Below, in pieces: positions 27,901 to 39,900 of a stretch of DNA of 64,000 bases. A program made the translations under genes and the position numbers. Every line of letters begins with the position of its first letter. Position 1 is the first letter of the stretch. Origin of the DNA: Daphnia carinata (Eukaryota); the NCBI RefSeq assembly GCF_022539665.2, contig NC_081332.1:5208001-5272000 (forward strand), written 5' to 3'. The notes under the pieces were generated by a model. It did not search any database, was not told where the DNA came from, and saw only the letters and a list, made by a program, of their open reading frames with translations.

Positions 27901-30900
27901 GGGAATAGGTCGGCAAGTTACGTAGGGATCTCCCTGGTAAGATTCTTTGCAACTACACGCGGGAACGTGATTGGAAACCCTGCAATCAGCGTTTTGACCA
28001 CATGTTCCGGGACAAGGATCAATGCAGCGATTATTCAAACAGCTTTGATGGCGCGGACAGTCCGTGTTCAAAACACATTCTGGCCGGCAAGAGCTGAATG
28101 GATCTCCGACATAATTAGCCGGGCAGACGCAATTGATGGCGCCGTTTTGTTCCTTGCATTGAGCGTTGGTACCGCAAGGATTGGGATCGCAAAGTTTCGT
28201 CTGCTGGGGGATGTTTGGTTCGACTAGAATAATACCCGACAGAAAAATTGTCATCAACTAATTGGCAACTTTTACGACAAAAAGGCAAGTACTCGTCCAT
28301 TTTGAATGGAAACAGTATGCAGAGGCGAGAAAAAATGTGTGCATAGATAGACAAAGCCCAAATGACGTGCTGTAAAAGTGCAATGCTCTCTTCGAAATTG
28401 TAAAAATTATCAGTTTTTTTTTTTTTTCACTTAAGAATAACCAGAAAATGTCAATTAGTACCAGAACCAAAAAGAAAATGGCAAGAAACTGCCAGAAAAA
28501 AAAATGATGAACCAAAATTCGAATTGCGATCCCATCAATACGTGACAGGCATTTAGAAAAATCGCCTACCCAGACTCTTAACGGTAGCAAACACACGCGC
28601 AACGCTATGAATAAAATAAAAACTAGGCAAGAAGCACCTTGAAAAAATAAGCGTATAGCCGAATCGTATGAATAACGCTTCTTACCTACTGCCGCAATCG
28701 GTAGGCAATTACGGAAACCATCGCCCGTGTAACCTGCCGTGCAGATACACAACGGTGAATGGTTGACGACTTTACATTCCGCGTTGGATGCGCAAGTTCC
28801 AGGGCATGGATCAATACACTTTTGATTCATGCAAGCTTGGCTCGAAGGACAATCCGAGCTGAGGATGCATTCCGGTCGGCAATTCGGTACCGAACCAATC
28901 ATGCCAGGGACACATCCGCATTGAGCTTGACCAGCTACGACTTGACATTGCGAATTGGGTCCGCAAGGTGTGGGTGTGCAAGGATTGGGTGGTAGAGGTG
29001 GCAATGTTGCTACTTCGCCTACAGTATTTGGTGCTGGTGCTACAAATGTTAAATTATTTCAATTAGTTACAAACACAAACTCAATACAGGTTGTTAGGAA
29101 GTTTAGTGGAATTCATGCTTACTGGGTATAATGTGACAACCGGTTAGAGGATCACCAGTCCATCCGGACGGACAGACACAAATCGGGTTGTGGTTAACGA
29201 CTTGGCATTTAGCATCTCGACCGCAAGTTCCGGGACAAGGATCTTGGCATTTAAAGTTGGTGCATGCCTGGGATGGGGCGCATTCTGAACTCGAAACACA
29301 TTCCGGTCGGCATTCTGGTGGAACACCCAAATTGCCCGGTTGACAAGAGCAGACCGGCACGTTGCCCATTTCCCGACATTGACTATTTGGACCGCAAGGC
29401 GTTGGTACGCATGGTCTAACTACGCTCGGGGAAGTCGGTGGTACTAGATTTGAAATACGTATTCGAATTAGTTTCGCAATAGATGGCGCAACTGGAGTTG
29501 GTCAGATATTTGAATTAAACTGGCTTACTTATCACAGGAATAGGACGGCAAGATCCATAAGGATCTCCAGTGTGGGACTCTTTACAACTGCAAACAGGAA
29601 TATGATTCGTGACCTTACAAACTGCATTAATTCCGCAAATGTCTGTGCACGGATCTACACAGCGGTTGTTTACGCAGTTCTTATCACGGGGGCAGTCTGT
29701 GTTGAGAACACATTCCGGCCGGCAAGAGCTGTACGGATCTCCGACATAATTAGCCGGACAAACGCAATTGATGGCGCCGTTTTGTTCCTTGCATTGAGCG
29801 TTGGTACCGCAAGGATTGGGATCGCAAGGTTTTGGTGGTTGAACCACATTGGGCTCGACTGCATTCAAAATAAAACGAAACTTTCTATAATATTCCCCAT
29901 GATTAACGTTTTCTCATCTGTCCTAAGACTTATTCGATCTGATCTCTTATCAATTGACTGTTAAATTGTTTTGAGTTTAAATCGAAACAAATGAAACCGC
30001 TGGATCATTAACGATACGAAGGTTCTGTAGCCAAATTCAATGGTCTTGAAAATCTTACCGATGGCTGGGATTGGTCGGCAATTGCGATATGCATTGCCCG
30101 TGTATCCCGTGACGCAGCTGCAGACGGGTGAGTGGCTGACAACTCGGCACTCGGCATTGGAGCCGCACGTTCCAGGGCAAGGATCAACGCATTTCTGGTT
30201 GATGCAAGCCCTGTTGGACGTACAGTCCGAGTTGAGGACGCACTCTGGCCGGCAGTTGGGCGCCGATCCGATCATGCCGGGCACACAGCCGCACTGGGCT
30301 TGTCCCGCAACCACTTGACACTGCGAATTGGGACCGCAAGGTGTCGGCGTGCAAGGGTTAGGTGGTAAGGGTCGTAACGTGCCTTCCTCCACTACAGGAT
30401 TAGTTGTTGGTTCTACAAGGTTAACACGTTTTCAGGTTGGTTAGCCACAAATAAATACATTCTACACAAACTACATGGTTGTGTGGTAAAAACATGCTTA
30501 CTAGGGATAATGCGACATCCAGTTAGAGGGTCGCCAGTCCATCCGGACGGGCAGACACAGATCGGGCTGTGATTGACAACTCGGCATTGTGCATCTCGAC
30601 CACATGCTCCTGGGCAGGGATCCTGACATTTTATGTTGATACACGCTTTCGATGGTGGGCATTCGGAGCTTGAAATACACTCAGGTCGACAATCAGGTGG
30701 AACACCATCGAAGCCTGATTGGCAAGAGCAAACAGGCTGAGAGCCGACTGGCCGACAAATACTGTTCGGCCCGCACGGCGAAGGATCGCAAGGTTTGACG
30801 ACTGACGCTTCAGTCGGCGGCACAACTGCGTGCATCAAAGAAAAAAGAATGTGGTATTTTCAAAATGGAAGACGTATCTTTCAGTTGGAGCTATCGTTAC

Positions 30901-33900
30901 CGATAGCTTAACGCTTTTCTTGTCGCTACCTTCACCAGAAGTAATTGAAAGTGGGACTTACCGACGGGTATTGGCCGGCATGAAGTGTAGGGATCCCCGG
31001 TGAATTTCGGTTGACAAGTGCAGACAGGCTGGTGATTAGCGACGCGGCATTCGGTATGGAAACCACAAGCGCCTGGGCAAGGATCGACGCACTTTTGGGC
31101 GACACAAGCTCGATTGCTCGGGCAATCACTATTAACCACGCACTCTGGACGACAATTGGGAGCTGTGCCAATCATGTTAGCTACACAGCCACACGTAGCT
31201 TTCTCATCGCGCACTTGGCAAACACTGTTTGGTCCGCAAGGCGATGGCGTGCAAGGGTCCGTGATTTGCGGTTGAACGGGTGGTCTCACAACTATTGAAA
31301 AACATTTAAATTATGAACTGAGATGTGGAGTTTTGTTATTAATTACGGTACCTGGTGTTGGACGGCATTCGATGAATGGATCTCCAGTTTGTCCTCGAGG
31401 ACAACTGCAGATGGGATTGTGGTTGATAACTCGACATTCGGCATCTTGTCCACAGATTCCAGCGCAAGGATCGCGACATTTCTGGTTAATGCATGCCAGG
31501 GTGGATTCGCAGTCTGAATTTACGAGACACTCCGGCCTACAACTGGGTGGCACGCCGTGGTAGTCGGCTTGACAAGAGCAAACTGGGCGACAATCCATTT
31601 CACGGCAAACGCTGTACGGCCCGCATGGAGAAGGACTGCACGGTTTACATTTTTCCTCAACAGATGCCTCTGTCGGTCTCGGGACTACAACAACAAAACA
31701 TTTAATAAATTAATTTTCGACATTCAAATACTAATCAAACGAAAGAAATGAGTTTAACTTCAACTGGAATGATCTTGCAAGATTCGAGCGGATTGCCAGT
31801 ATGTCCTTGAGGGCAGTAGCACGAGGCGAAGTGATTGATGACACGACATTCGGCGTTGTTGCCACATAAACCCGGGCACGGATCGCGACATTTCTGGTTG
31901 ACGCAAACTTGAGTGGAAGCGCAATCGGAGTTGAGGACGCACTCGGGTTTGCAACCCTGTCGGGCGTCGCCAAAGTACTCGGGGAGACATTGACAAATGG
32001 CCGATCCGGATTGTTCGCGACAAACAGCGTTGGCGCCGCAAGGTGACGGATTGCAAGGAGTAGGTGTTGGTTTCTTCGGAGGTTCTGATACAACAGCTAT
32101 ATACGGCAAAAATGAGAAATTACGTAAATGAAACTGTACAAACTAATTTCAAAGATGTTATTACGTTGGATCGGGACGCAGCTACGGAATGGATCGCCAG
32201 TGTGAGATTCTTTGCAAGAGCAGACGGGATTGTGACCGACGACGCGACACTGAGTGTTGGCGCCGCAAATGCCAGCGCAAGGATCTTTACATTTCTGATT
32301 GATGCAGGCCAAGTTGGACGGGCAATCGCTGTTGCGGACACATTCAGGCCGGCAGTTGGGCACCGTGCCGATCATACCGTCTTGACAACCGCATTGGGCT
32401 TGGTTGCTAACCACTTGACATTTGGAATTGGGACCTGTACAGTAAAAAAAAATCCTCGTTTAACAGTGTCCATCGTTTAAAAATAAAATCTTAATTACCG
32501 CATGGCGAAGGTATACACGGGTTGGATGGCTCCTCAATGACGGGCTGTTGTGGTCGAACAGGGAAAGGTTGGCAACGAACAAATGGATCGCCTGTAAGAT
32601 CCCTCGGACAATTACAAATCGGGTTATGCTGAACGACTCGACAAACGGCGTTCTCTCCGCAAACACCAAGACAAGGATCCCTGCACTTCTGGTTGATACA
32701 TGCCAACGATTGAGAGCACTCGGCGTTGGACTAAAAAATAAATCAAATCAAATGTCGTTGATGTTCTTGAAAATAAAACGGTAATGAATATTAAACTTAC
32801 GGAACACTCGGGACGGCAGCTGGGCGGAACTCCAACGAATCCAGATTGACAAGAGCAGACGGGCTGGTTGCTGACTTCCCTACAGGCGCTGTTTGGCCCA
32901 CAAGGCGACGGGACGCAAGGTCTCTCGCTGACAACGGGCTCGATGGGCCGGCTTTCGACTGGAATTGGCCGGCAAGCCGATGAGGCATCGCCTGAATAGC
33001 CGGACTGGCAACTGCAGACTGGATAGTGATTGATAACGCGACATTCGGCGTTCAAACCGCAGACGCCAGGGCAAGGATCGACGCATCGGTTGTTGGCGCA
33101 ACTCTTGTCCCGAGGACAGTCCGAATTTTGCACGCATTCCGGCCTGCAGCCGCTGTAAGGATCGCCGACGTAGTTTGGTGGACATTTGCAAGACGCACTG
33201 TTTCCTTGAGCTCGGCAAGTAGCTCCAACTCCGCAAGGTGCTGGATTGCAAGGATCTTTAGGTCTGGACGTAACCGGCTCTGGTTGGACAACTACCGGCT
33301 CAGTGCAACGAACGAACGGGTCACCCGTCATGGTGCCGGGGCATGAACAGATCGGATTGTGATCTTTAATGACGCAGTTGGCTCCTATTCCACATGTGCC
33401 CGGGCATGGATCGACGCATTTTTGATTGACACAGGCCTTGTTTTTAGGACAGTCGCTGCTGGCTATGCATTCGGGTCGACACGGGTTGCCGTAATAACCG
33501 GGCAAGCAAGAGCAAGTGGCTTGATTATTGACAGGTCGACAATCTGCGTAGTTGCCGCATGGATTTGGATTGCAAGGATTGGGAACGACAGGTTCAACCA
33601 CACTAGGTGAAACGGCTATTTTTTAAAAGAAAAAGAGTTCGTTAATTCAAGTTTTTTAAATTTAAGCAGTAAATAATGTCTTACGTCTTGGTGCGCAAGA
33701 TCTGGTCGGATCGCCTTGATATCCTTGCAAACACGAACATATCGGGTTGTGGTTGTTGACTTTGCAAACTGCATTTTGGCCACACACTCCAGGACAAGGA
33801 TCCCTACATTTTTGGTTCATGCAGGCCAAGTTGGGTGGGCAATCCGAGTTGAGGACGCATTCGGGTTTGCAGTTGGGGCAATCGGGTCTCGGTGGCAATT

Positions 33901-36900
33901 GTGGGTATGAAACCGGTGGGGATAATGTCGGGGTAACGACGGGTGAAACGACAATCGGGTTGCAATTCTCGTAAGGATTGCCGGTATATCCAGGAACGCA
34001 TGTGCAGACTGGATTGTGTCCCGTCACGCGGCATGCTGCGTTGATTCCGCAAGCGCCTGGACATGGATCGCGACACTTTTGGTTGATGCAAGCCTGAGTC
34101 GGTTGGCATTCGCTGTTGGTGGTACATTCCGGTCCGCAACCGCGGTTGCTCTGCGGATCGCCGAAGAATCCTGGACGACAAGTACAGATGGGATTCTTTG
34201 TGAAACCCACACTGCAATCAGCATTCGGTCCACATGGGCTAGGATTGCATGGTTCAGATATCACGGGGGCTGTAAAGAAACAATGCGTGTTATGATTTTT
34301 TTCAGCTAACTAATTGAATTAGCCAAGTAAATACGTACATGTACAGCCGGTCAATGGGTTGCCAATGGTGCCAGCTGGACATTTGCAGATTGGATTATGA
34401 TCACGAATTTCGCAAACAGCTCCAACGCCACAACGGCAGGGATTGACACATTGTCCGTTGATGCAAGCTTCTTTTGCCGGGCAATCGCTGTTGCTTCTGC
34501 AACCAGTCACTGCTCGTGAAAAATTAAAAATTAAAATGATGTTATTGAAACAAGTTTGTGTAGAGAAACACGTTGAAATGGAACTCACATTGGTAGCACT
34601 GCTCGCGAGGATTTCCAGTGTATCCTTCGAGACAACTGCAGACGGCGTTGTGACTGACGGCTTGGCAGGAGGCGAGACGGCCGCAAACGCGAGTCTGGCA
34701 AACTGGAATACACTGGGCGGTAGGGCGGTCACAATAACGATCGTAAGGGCAGTCGTTATTGGATTGACACTCTCCGACAACCACTATTCGATCAATTTCA
34801 TAGAGCAACAAACAAAAAAAAAAAAAAAAAAAAAAAATGAAAAATAAAATTAGTTTTTTCTAAGAAATCTTGCATGGTTGCCTAAGGCAGTCAGAAGCCC
34901 ATCACCACATAAGTGCACGTCAACGTCTATGAGATAAGTATAAAAAAATGTAAGTAGATGGGAATTAAGTAGGGGGCTTGTGTCGCTATGAGTTACGCTA
35001 TTCAACGAAATCCATTTCATTCGAAACAGATGGAGCTATTTTTCATCCAGACCCAGGTCTCGTCAGTTAGAGCTGTCGGTATGGCAATAATAAAAAAAAC
35101 ATGAATAATTTGCTGGCTGATCTTTTTTTTGTTTTCGTGAATCGTCGGGTATGAATGATTAGGTGAAGGTAATGTTCCAAAGCGTTGATTCGATGGCGAT
35201 ATATTTTTTTTTAAGTCTGGAGAAATTGTTCGGTCGTTTCTAGATGATGACTGGACAAGTACCGGCTATGCATTGGATGGTAGGCACTCCAGTGAATCCA
35301 GGTCGGCATGCACAGACAGGGTTGTGGTAGACGACTTGGCACTGGGCGTTGGGCACGCAAGGCCGGTAGGCGCAAGGATCAACGCAGCGCTCGTTGGGTA
35401 TGTCGCAGGATTCCGTGTCCAGGCAGTCGTTGTTGCTGACGCAGCCCGTCTTTGGCTGGAACGATCGCCTGCGGCGGAGTCGGACGACCTGGAGGAGGTC
35501 GCTCCGACCCGAATGGTCTCAACGGGTCGGGTAAGACAAACGTTGGTGGCGTGCTTTGTGTTCCAATCGGTGGCTGCTGGATTGGTGGACGACTTGGCGT
35601 TCCAGGAGAAGACGGTTCAGCCACTACGGGTACTGGGGTACCTGGGGAGGCGGGGGATTGACCAGGTATGGCCGTCTGGGGACGACTCGTTACCTCGGGT
35701 ACAGGTAGAGGCGGTTTAGGGTACGGGTACGGGTCGGGTCTCTCGGCTGGCGGTGCAGGGGGATACCCAGGGGGTCTTTCCGCTATTACAGGGACGGTGG
35801 GCGGGGAACCCGGAGGTCGGGTTCCACCGATAGCCGATGGCGGAGTAGGCAAAACGGCTGTTGGGGGCCTAGTGGGTACCGGTGGGTAAGACGCCGAAGT
35901 GGGTTGGTAAGAAGGCGGTTGAGATGCTGGTACTTCGGCCTCTACTGGAGAAGTCGGGGGAGGTGCGGGGTACCCGGGTGGTTTGGAAGTTGGACCAACA
36001 GGGTACGACGGAGGTGTTTCGGCCACCGGTGGCAAGCCAGGAGAAGATGTTACTGGTGCTGGGTAAGGATACTGTGGGGCACTAGTCGTACTGGGTTGCT
36101 CGCCAATTACTGAAACGCTCGGGGGGTTGGATACCGACGGCAATTGAGGGGTGGGGCTCGGTGGATATGCGGGATTGATTTCAGCTACAGGAGCCAAACT
36201 GGGGGGTGTCGGATAGGTAGGGCGTGGAGGTCTCGTAGCTGGTTGACCAGGACCAGGAGGACTGGGTTCGGCAACAACTGGTTCAGATGGTAAAGGGAGG
36301 TCTACTCGTTCCTGGAATAGCAGGGGAGGAAGGTGAAGGAACTTCCGCTACAGGAGCCAAACTGGGAGGTGTTGGATAGGTAGGCCGTGGAGGTCTGGTA
36401 GCTGGTTGGCCAGGACCAGGAGGACTGGGTTCGGCAACAACTGGTTCAAATGGCAAGGGAGGTCTACTCGTTCCTGGGATGGCAGGGGAAGAAGGCGAAG
36501 GTACCTCAGCTACAGGAGGCAAACTTGGGAGGTGTTGGATAGGTAGGCCGTGGAGGTCTGGTAGCTGGTTGGCCTGGGCCAGGTGGACTGGGATCAGCAA
36601 CAACTGGCTCAGATGGTAAAGGAGGTCTACTCGTTCCTGGGATGGCAGGGGAAGAAGGCGAAGGTACCTCAGCTACAGGAGGCAAACTTGGGGGTGTTGG
36701 ATAGGTAGGCCGTGGAGGTCTGGTAGCTGGTTGGCCTGGGCCAGGTGGACTGGGTTCAGCAACAACTGGCTCAGATGGTAAAGGAGGTCTACTCGTTCCT
36801 GGGATGGCAGGGGAAGAAGGTGAAGGAACCTCAGCTACAGGAGGCAAACTTGGGGGTGTTGGATAGGTAGGCCGTGGAGGCCTGGTAGCTGGTTGGCCTG

Positions 36901-39900
36901 GACCAGGAGGACTGGGTTCGGCAACAACTGGTTCCGACGGTAGAGGAGGTCTACTTGTCCCTGGTATGGCGGAAGGTGAGCCCGGTGGAATTTCAGCTAC
37001 AGGGGCTAAGCTGGGAGGTGTTGGATACGTCGGTCGCGGAGGCCTTGTCAAAGGCACACCGGGTCCAGGTGGACTCGGTTCAGCTACAACTGGCTCAGAC
37101 GGCAAAGGAGGCCTACTCGTTCCTGGTATAGCAGGAGGCGAAGGGTAAGGAACTTCGGCTACAGGTGGTTGAACGGGAGGAACAGATGGCGCTGGTGGTG
37201 GATATGGAACATCGGGTTTAGGTGTAGGAGGACGCGTCTCAGCGATAACTGGGACAGTGGGTGGGTTAGAAATACCCGGTTTCTCTGGAAGAGGTGCAGG
37301 GTAAGTGGGTCTAGGAGTGTCAACTGATGGAGGTATACTAGGAGGAGATGAAGGTTTAGGTGGATAAGAACCAGGTGGTCGAGGGGTTGAAGGACGCTGA
37401 GTTTCGGCTATGACTGGAACTGTAGGAGGATAGGCAATAGAAGGCGGTTGATGCGTAGGGCGAGGTGGGCTACCCGTTGTTTCAGCAATGGGTGGTAGAT
37501 GAGGCGGAGTTGGGTAGGAAGGAGGTGGAGGTCTCGTAGTCGGGGTAACCGGAGAGTAGGGCGGGCTAGGTTCAGCCACGACCGGGTCCGTTGGTGGACG
37601 TGGTCTACCTGTGCTCGGCGTGGCAGGAGGAGAAGGTGAAGGGCTTTCGGCCACAGGTGGTTGATACGGAGGGATAGAAGGCGCAGGTGGTGGGTATGGA
37701 ACATCAGGTTTAGGTGTAGGAGGACGAGTTTCAGCGATAACTGGGACCGTGGGTGGATTGGAAATGCCCGGCTGCTCCTGAACAGGTGCAGGGTAAGTAG
37801 GTCTAGGAGTTTCAGCCAAAGGTGGGATACTAGGAGGAGCAGATGGTTTGGGCGGAGGAGAACCAGGTGGTCTGGGGGTTGCGGGAGGTTGCGTTTCGGC
37901 TATGACCGGAACGGTAGGCGGGTAGGCAATAGAAGGTGGCTGTTGAGTAGGGCGAGGTGGTCTAGATGTTGTATCAGTTATAGGTGGCAGGTGGGGTGGA
38001 GTCGGGTAGGAAGGACGTGGAGGTCTCGTGCTGGGTGCGCTCGGCTCGTAGGGCGAGCTGGGTTCAACAACAACCGGTTCAAAAGGTAAAGGAGGCCTAT
38101 TCGTTTCCGAAATGGCAGGAAGCGAAGGTGAAGGAGTTTCAGCTACGGGTGGTAAGTGAGGAGGACTTTGAGGAGTTGGGGAAGGATATTGAATTCCGGG
38201 TCTATGGGTAGTCGTCTCAGCGACAACGGGTACAGTAGGTGGGTAAGAAATTCCAGGTGTTTCTTGGATAGGAGACGGGTACGATGGTTTCGGGGTATCA
38301 GCTACAGGTGGTAAGCTAGGTGGGTTAGACGGTTTAGGTGGAGAAGGTCCGAGTGGTCGGGGTGTTGAGGGAGGTTGAGTTTCGGCTACCACTGGCACGC
38401 CAGTTGGGTACGAAACCGAAGGCGGTTGATGGGTAGGGCTAGGTGGTCGGGCTGTGGTTTCAGCAATAGGTGGCAAGTTAGGAGGTGTCGGATAAGAAGG
38501 ACGAGGAGGTCTCGTGGCTTGGGTAACCTGTTCGTAAGGCGGACTTGGTTCAGCCACCACCGCGTCCGTTGGTAGAGGAGGTCTACTCGTTCCAGACGTA
38601 GCAGGGGGAGATGGAGCTGGTAACTCGGCCGTAGGGGGTTGGTAAGGTGGAATCGAAGGAGGTGCTGGTGGGTAAGGAATGTCGGGTTTAGCGGTAGGGC
38701 GAGGCGTTTCAGCAATAACTGGAACGGTGGGTGGATTGGAAATGCTCGGCGTTTCTTGGACAGGTGCAGGGTACGAAGGTCTAGGGGTTTCGGCCACAGG
38801 TGGTATGCTAGGAGGGTTAGAAGGTTTAGGTGGGGAAACACCAGGCGGTTGGGGAGTCGGGTAAGACGATGGCTCCCCAACTACGGGAACCGTCGGAGGA
38901 CGCGGAAGGTTTATGGTTTCCTGGGTAGGTGACGGGTAATCGGGGCGAGGGGTTTCTGCTATCGGGGGCAATGGTGCTGGATTTTGCGGGGCAGGCGGAC
39001 GCGGGGTATACTGTGGCGTAACAGCCGAAGGAGCAGGGGTTTCGGCAACAACCGGAAGTGTAGGCAAGCTAGGAATGCCAGGTGTTTCTTGCACAGGAGC
39101 GGGGTAGGTTGGTTTAGGAACCTCAGCTACCGGTGGTATACTAGGCGGGTTAGAAGGTTTAGGTGAAGAGCCAACAGGCCGAGCAGTCGAAGGAACCGGA
39201 GTTTCGGCAACTACTGGAACTGTAGGCGGGCTAGCAACAGAAGGTGGTTGATGGGTAGGATATGGTGGACGGCCAGTGGTTTCCGCAATGGGTGGAAAAT
39301 TGGGTGGTGTTGGATAAGTAGGAACGGGAGGCCTTTCGGAAGGTGCAGGCGGTTCGGAAGGTGGGCTGGGTTCAGCAACGACTGGCTCGGTAGGCAACGG
39401 AGGTCTACTCGTTCCGCTCGTGGCAGGAGGTAAAGGCGAAGGGGTTCCAGCAACGGGTGGTTCAACAGGTGGAATAGAAGGAGCAGGTGGTGGGTATGGG
39501 ATATCAGGTTTAGGCGTGGGTTTAGGGGTTTCGGCAACAACTGGTACAGTCGGAGGGTTAGAGACGCTAGGTGTTTCTTGGACAGGCGCAGGGTAAGAAG
39601 GTGTGGCGGTTTCAGCTAAGGGCGGTAAACCTGGTGGGTTAGATGGTTTAGGTGGCGAAACACTGGGTGGAGGAGCAGTTGGCGGAACCGGAGTTTCGGC
39701 AACTACTGGAACACCGGGCGGGCTAGTACTGGAAGGATATTGCTGAACAGGTGTAGGATAAGTAGGTTTCGGGCTTTCAACGCCAGGTGGTATGATGGGA
39801 GGAGAAGAAGGTACAGGTTCCAGTGGAATGGGTGGAGAGGTGGAAGGTGATCCGGGTTCCGCAACCACAGGTAAGACAGGAGGACGAGGAGCATCTGTGG

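Larger units (their letters stand above)
12978..32434 (-). repeat. dpy: Tandem array of EGF-DPY-EGF exons, mostly in repeating A-B-C triplets (about 11 units of 1.3-1.7 kb)
   Basis: [76 protein letters not shown]. Example unit: A 18899-19228 (330 nt), B 18504-18824 (321 nt), C 18073-18426 (354 nt), all phase 1-1 with GTAAG donors. Confidence 0.9.
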
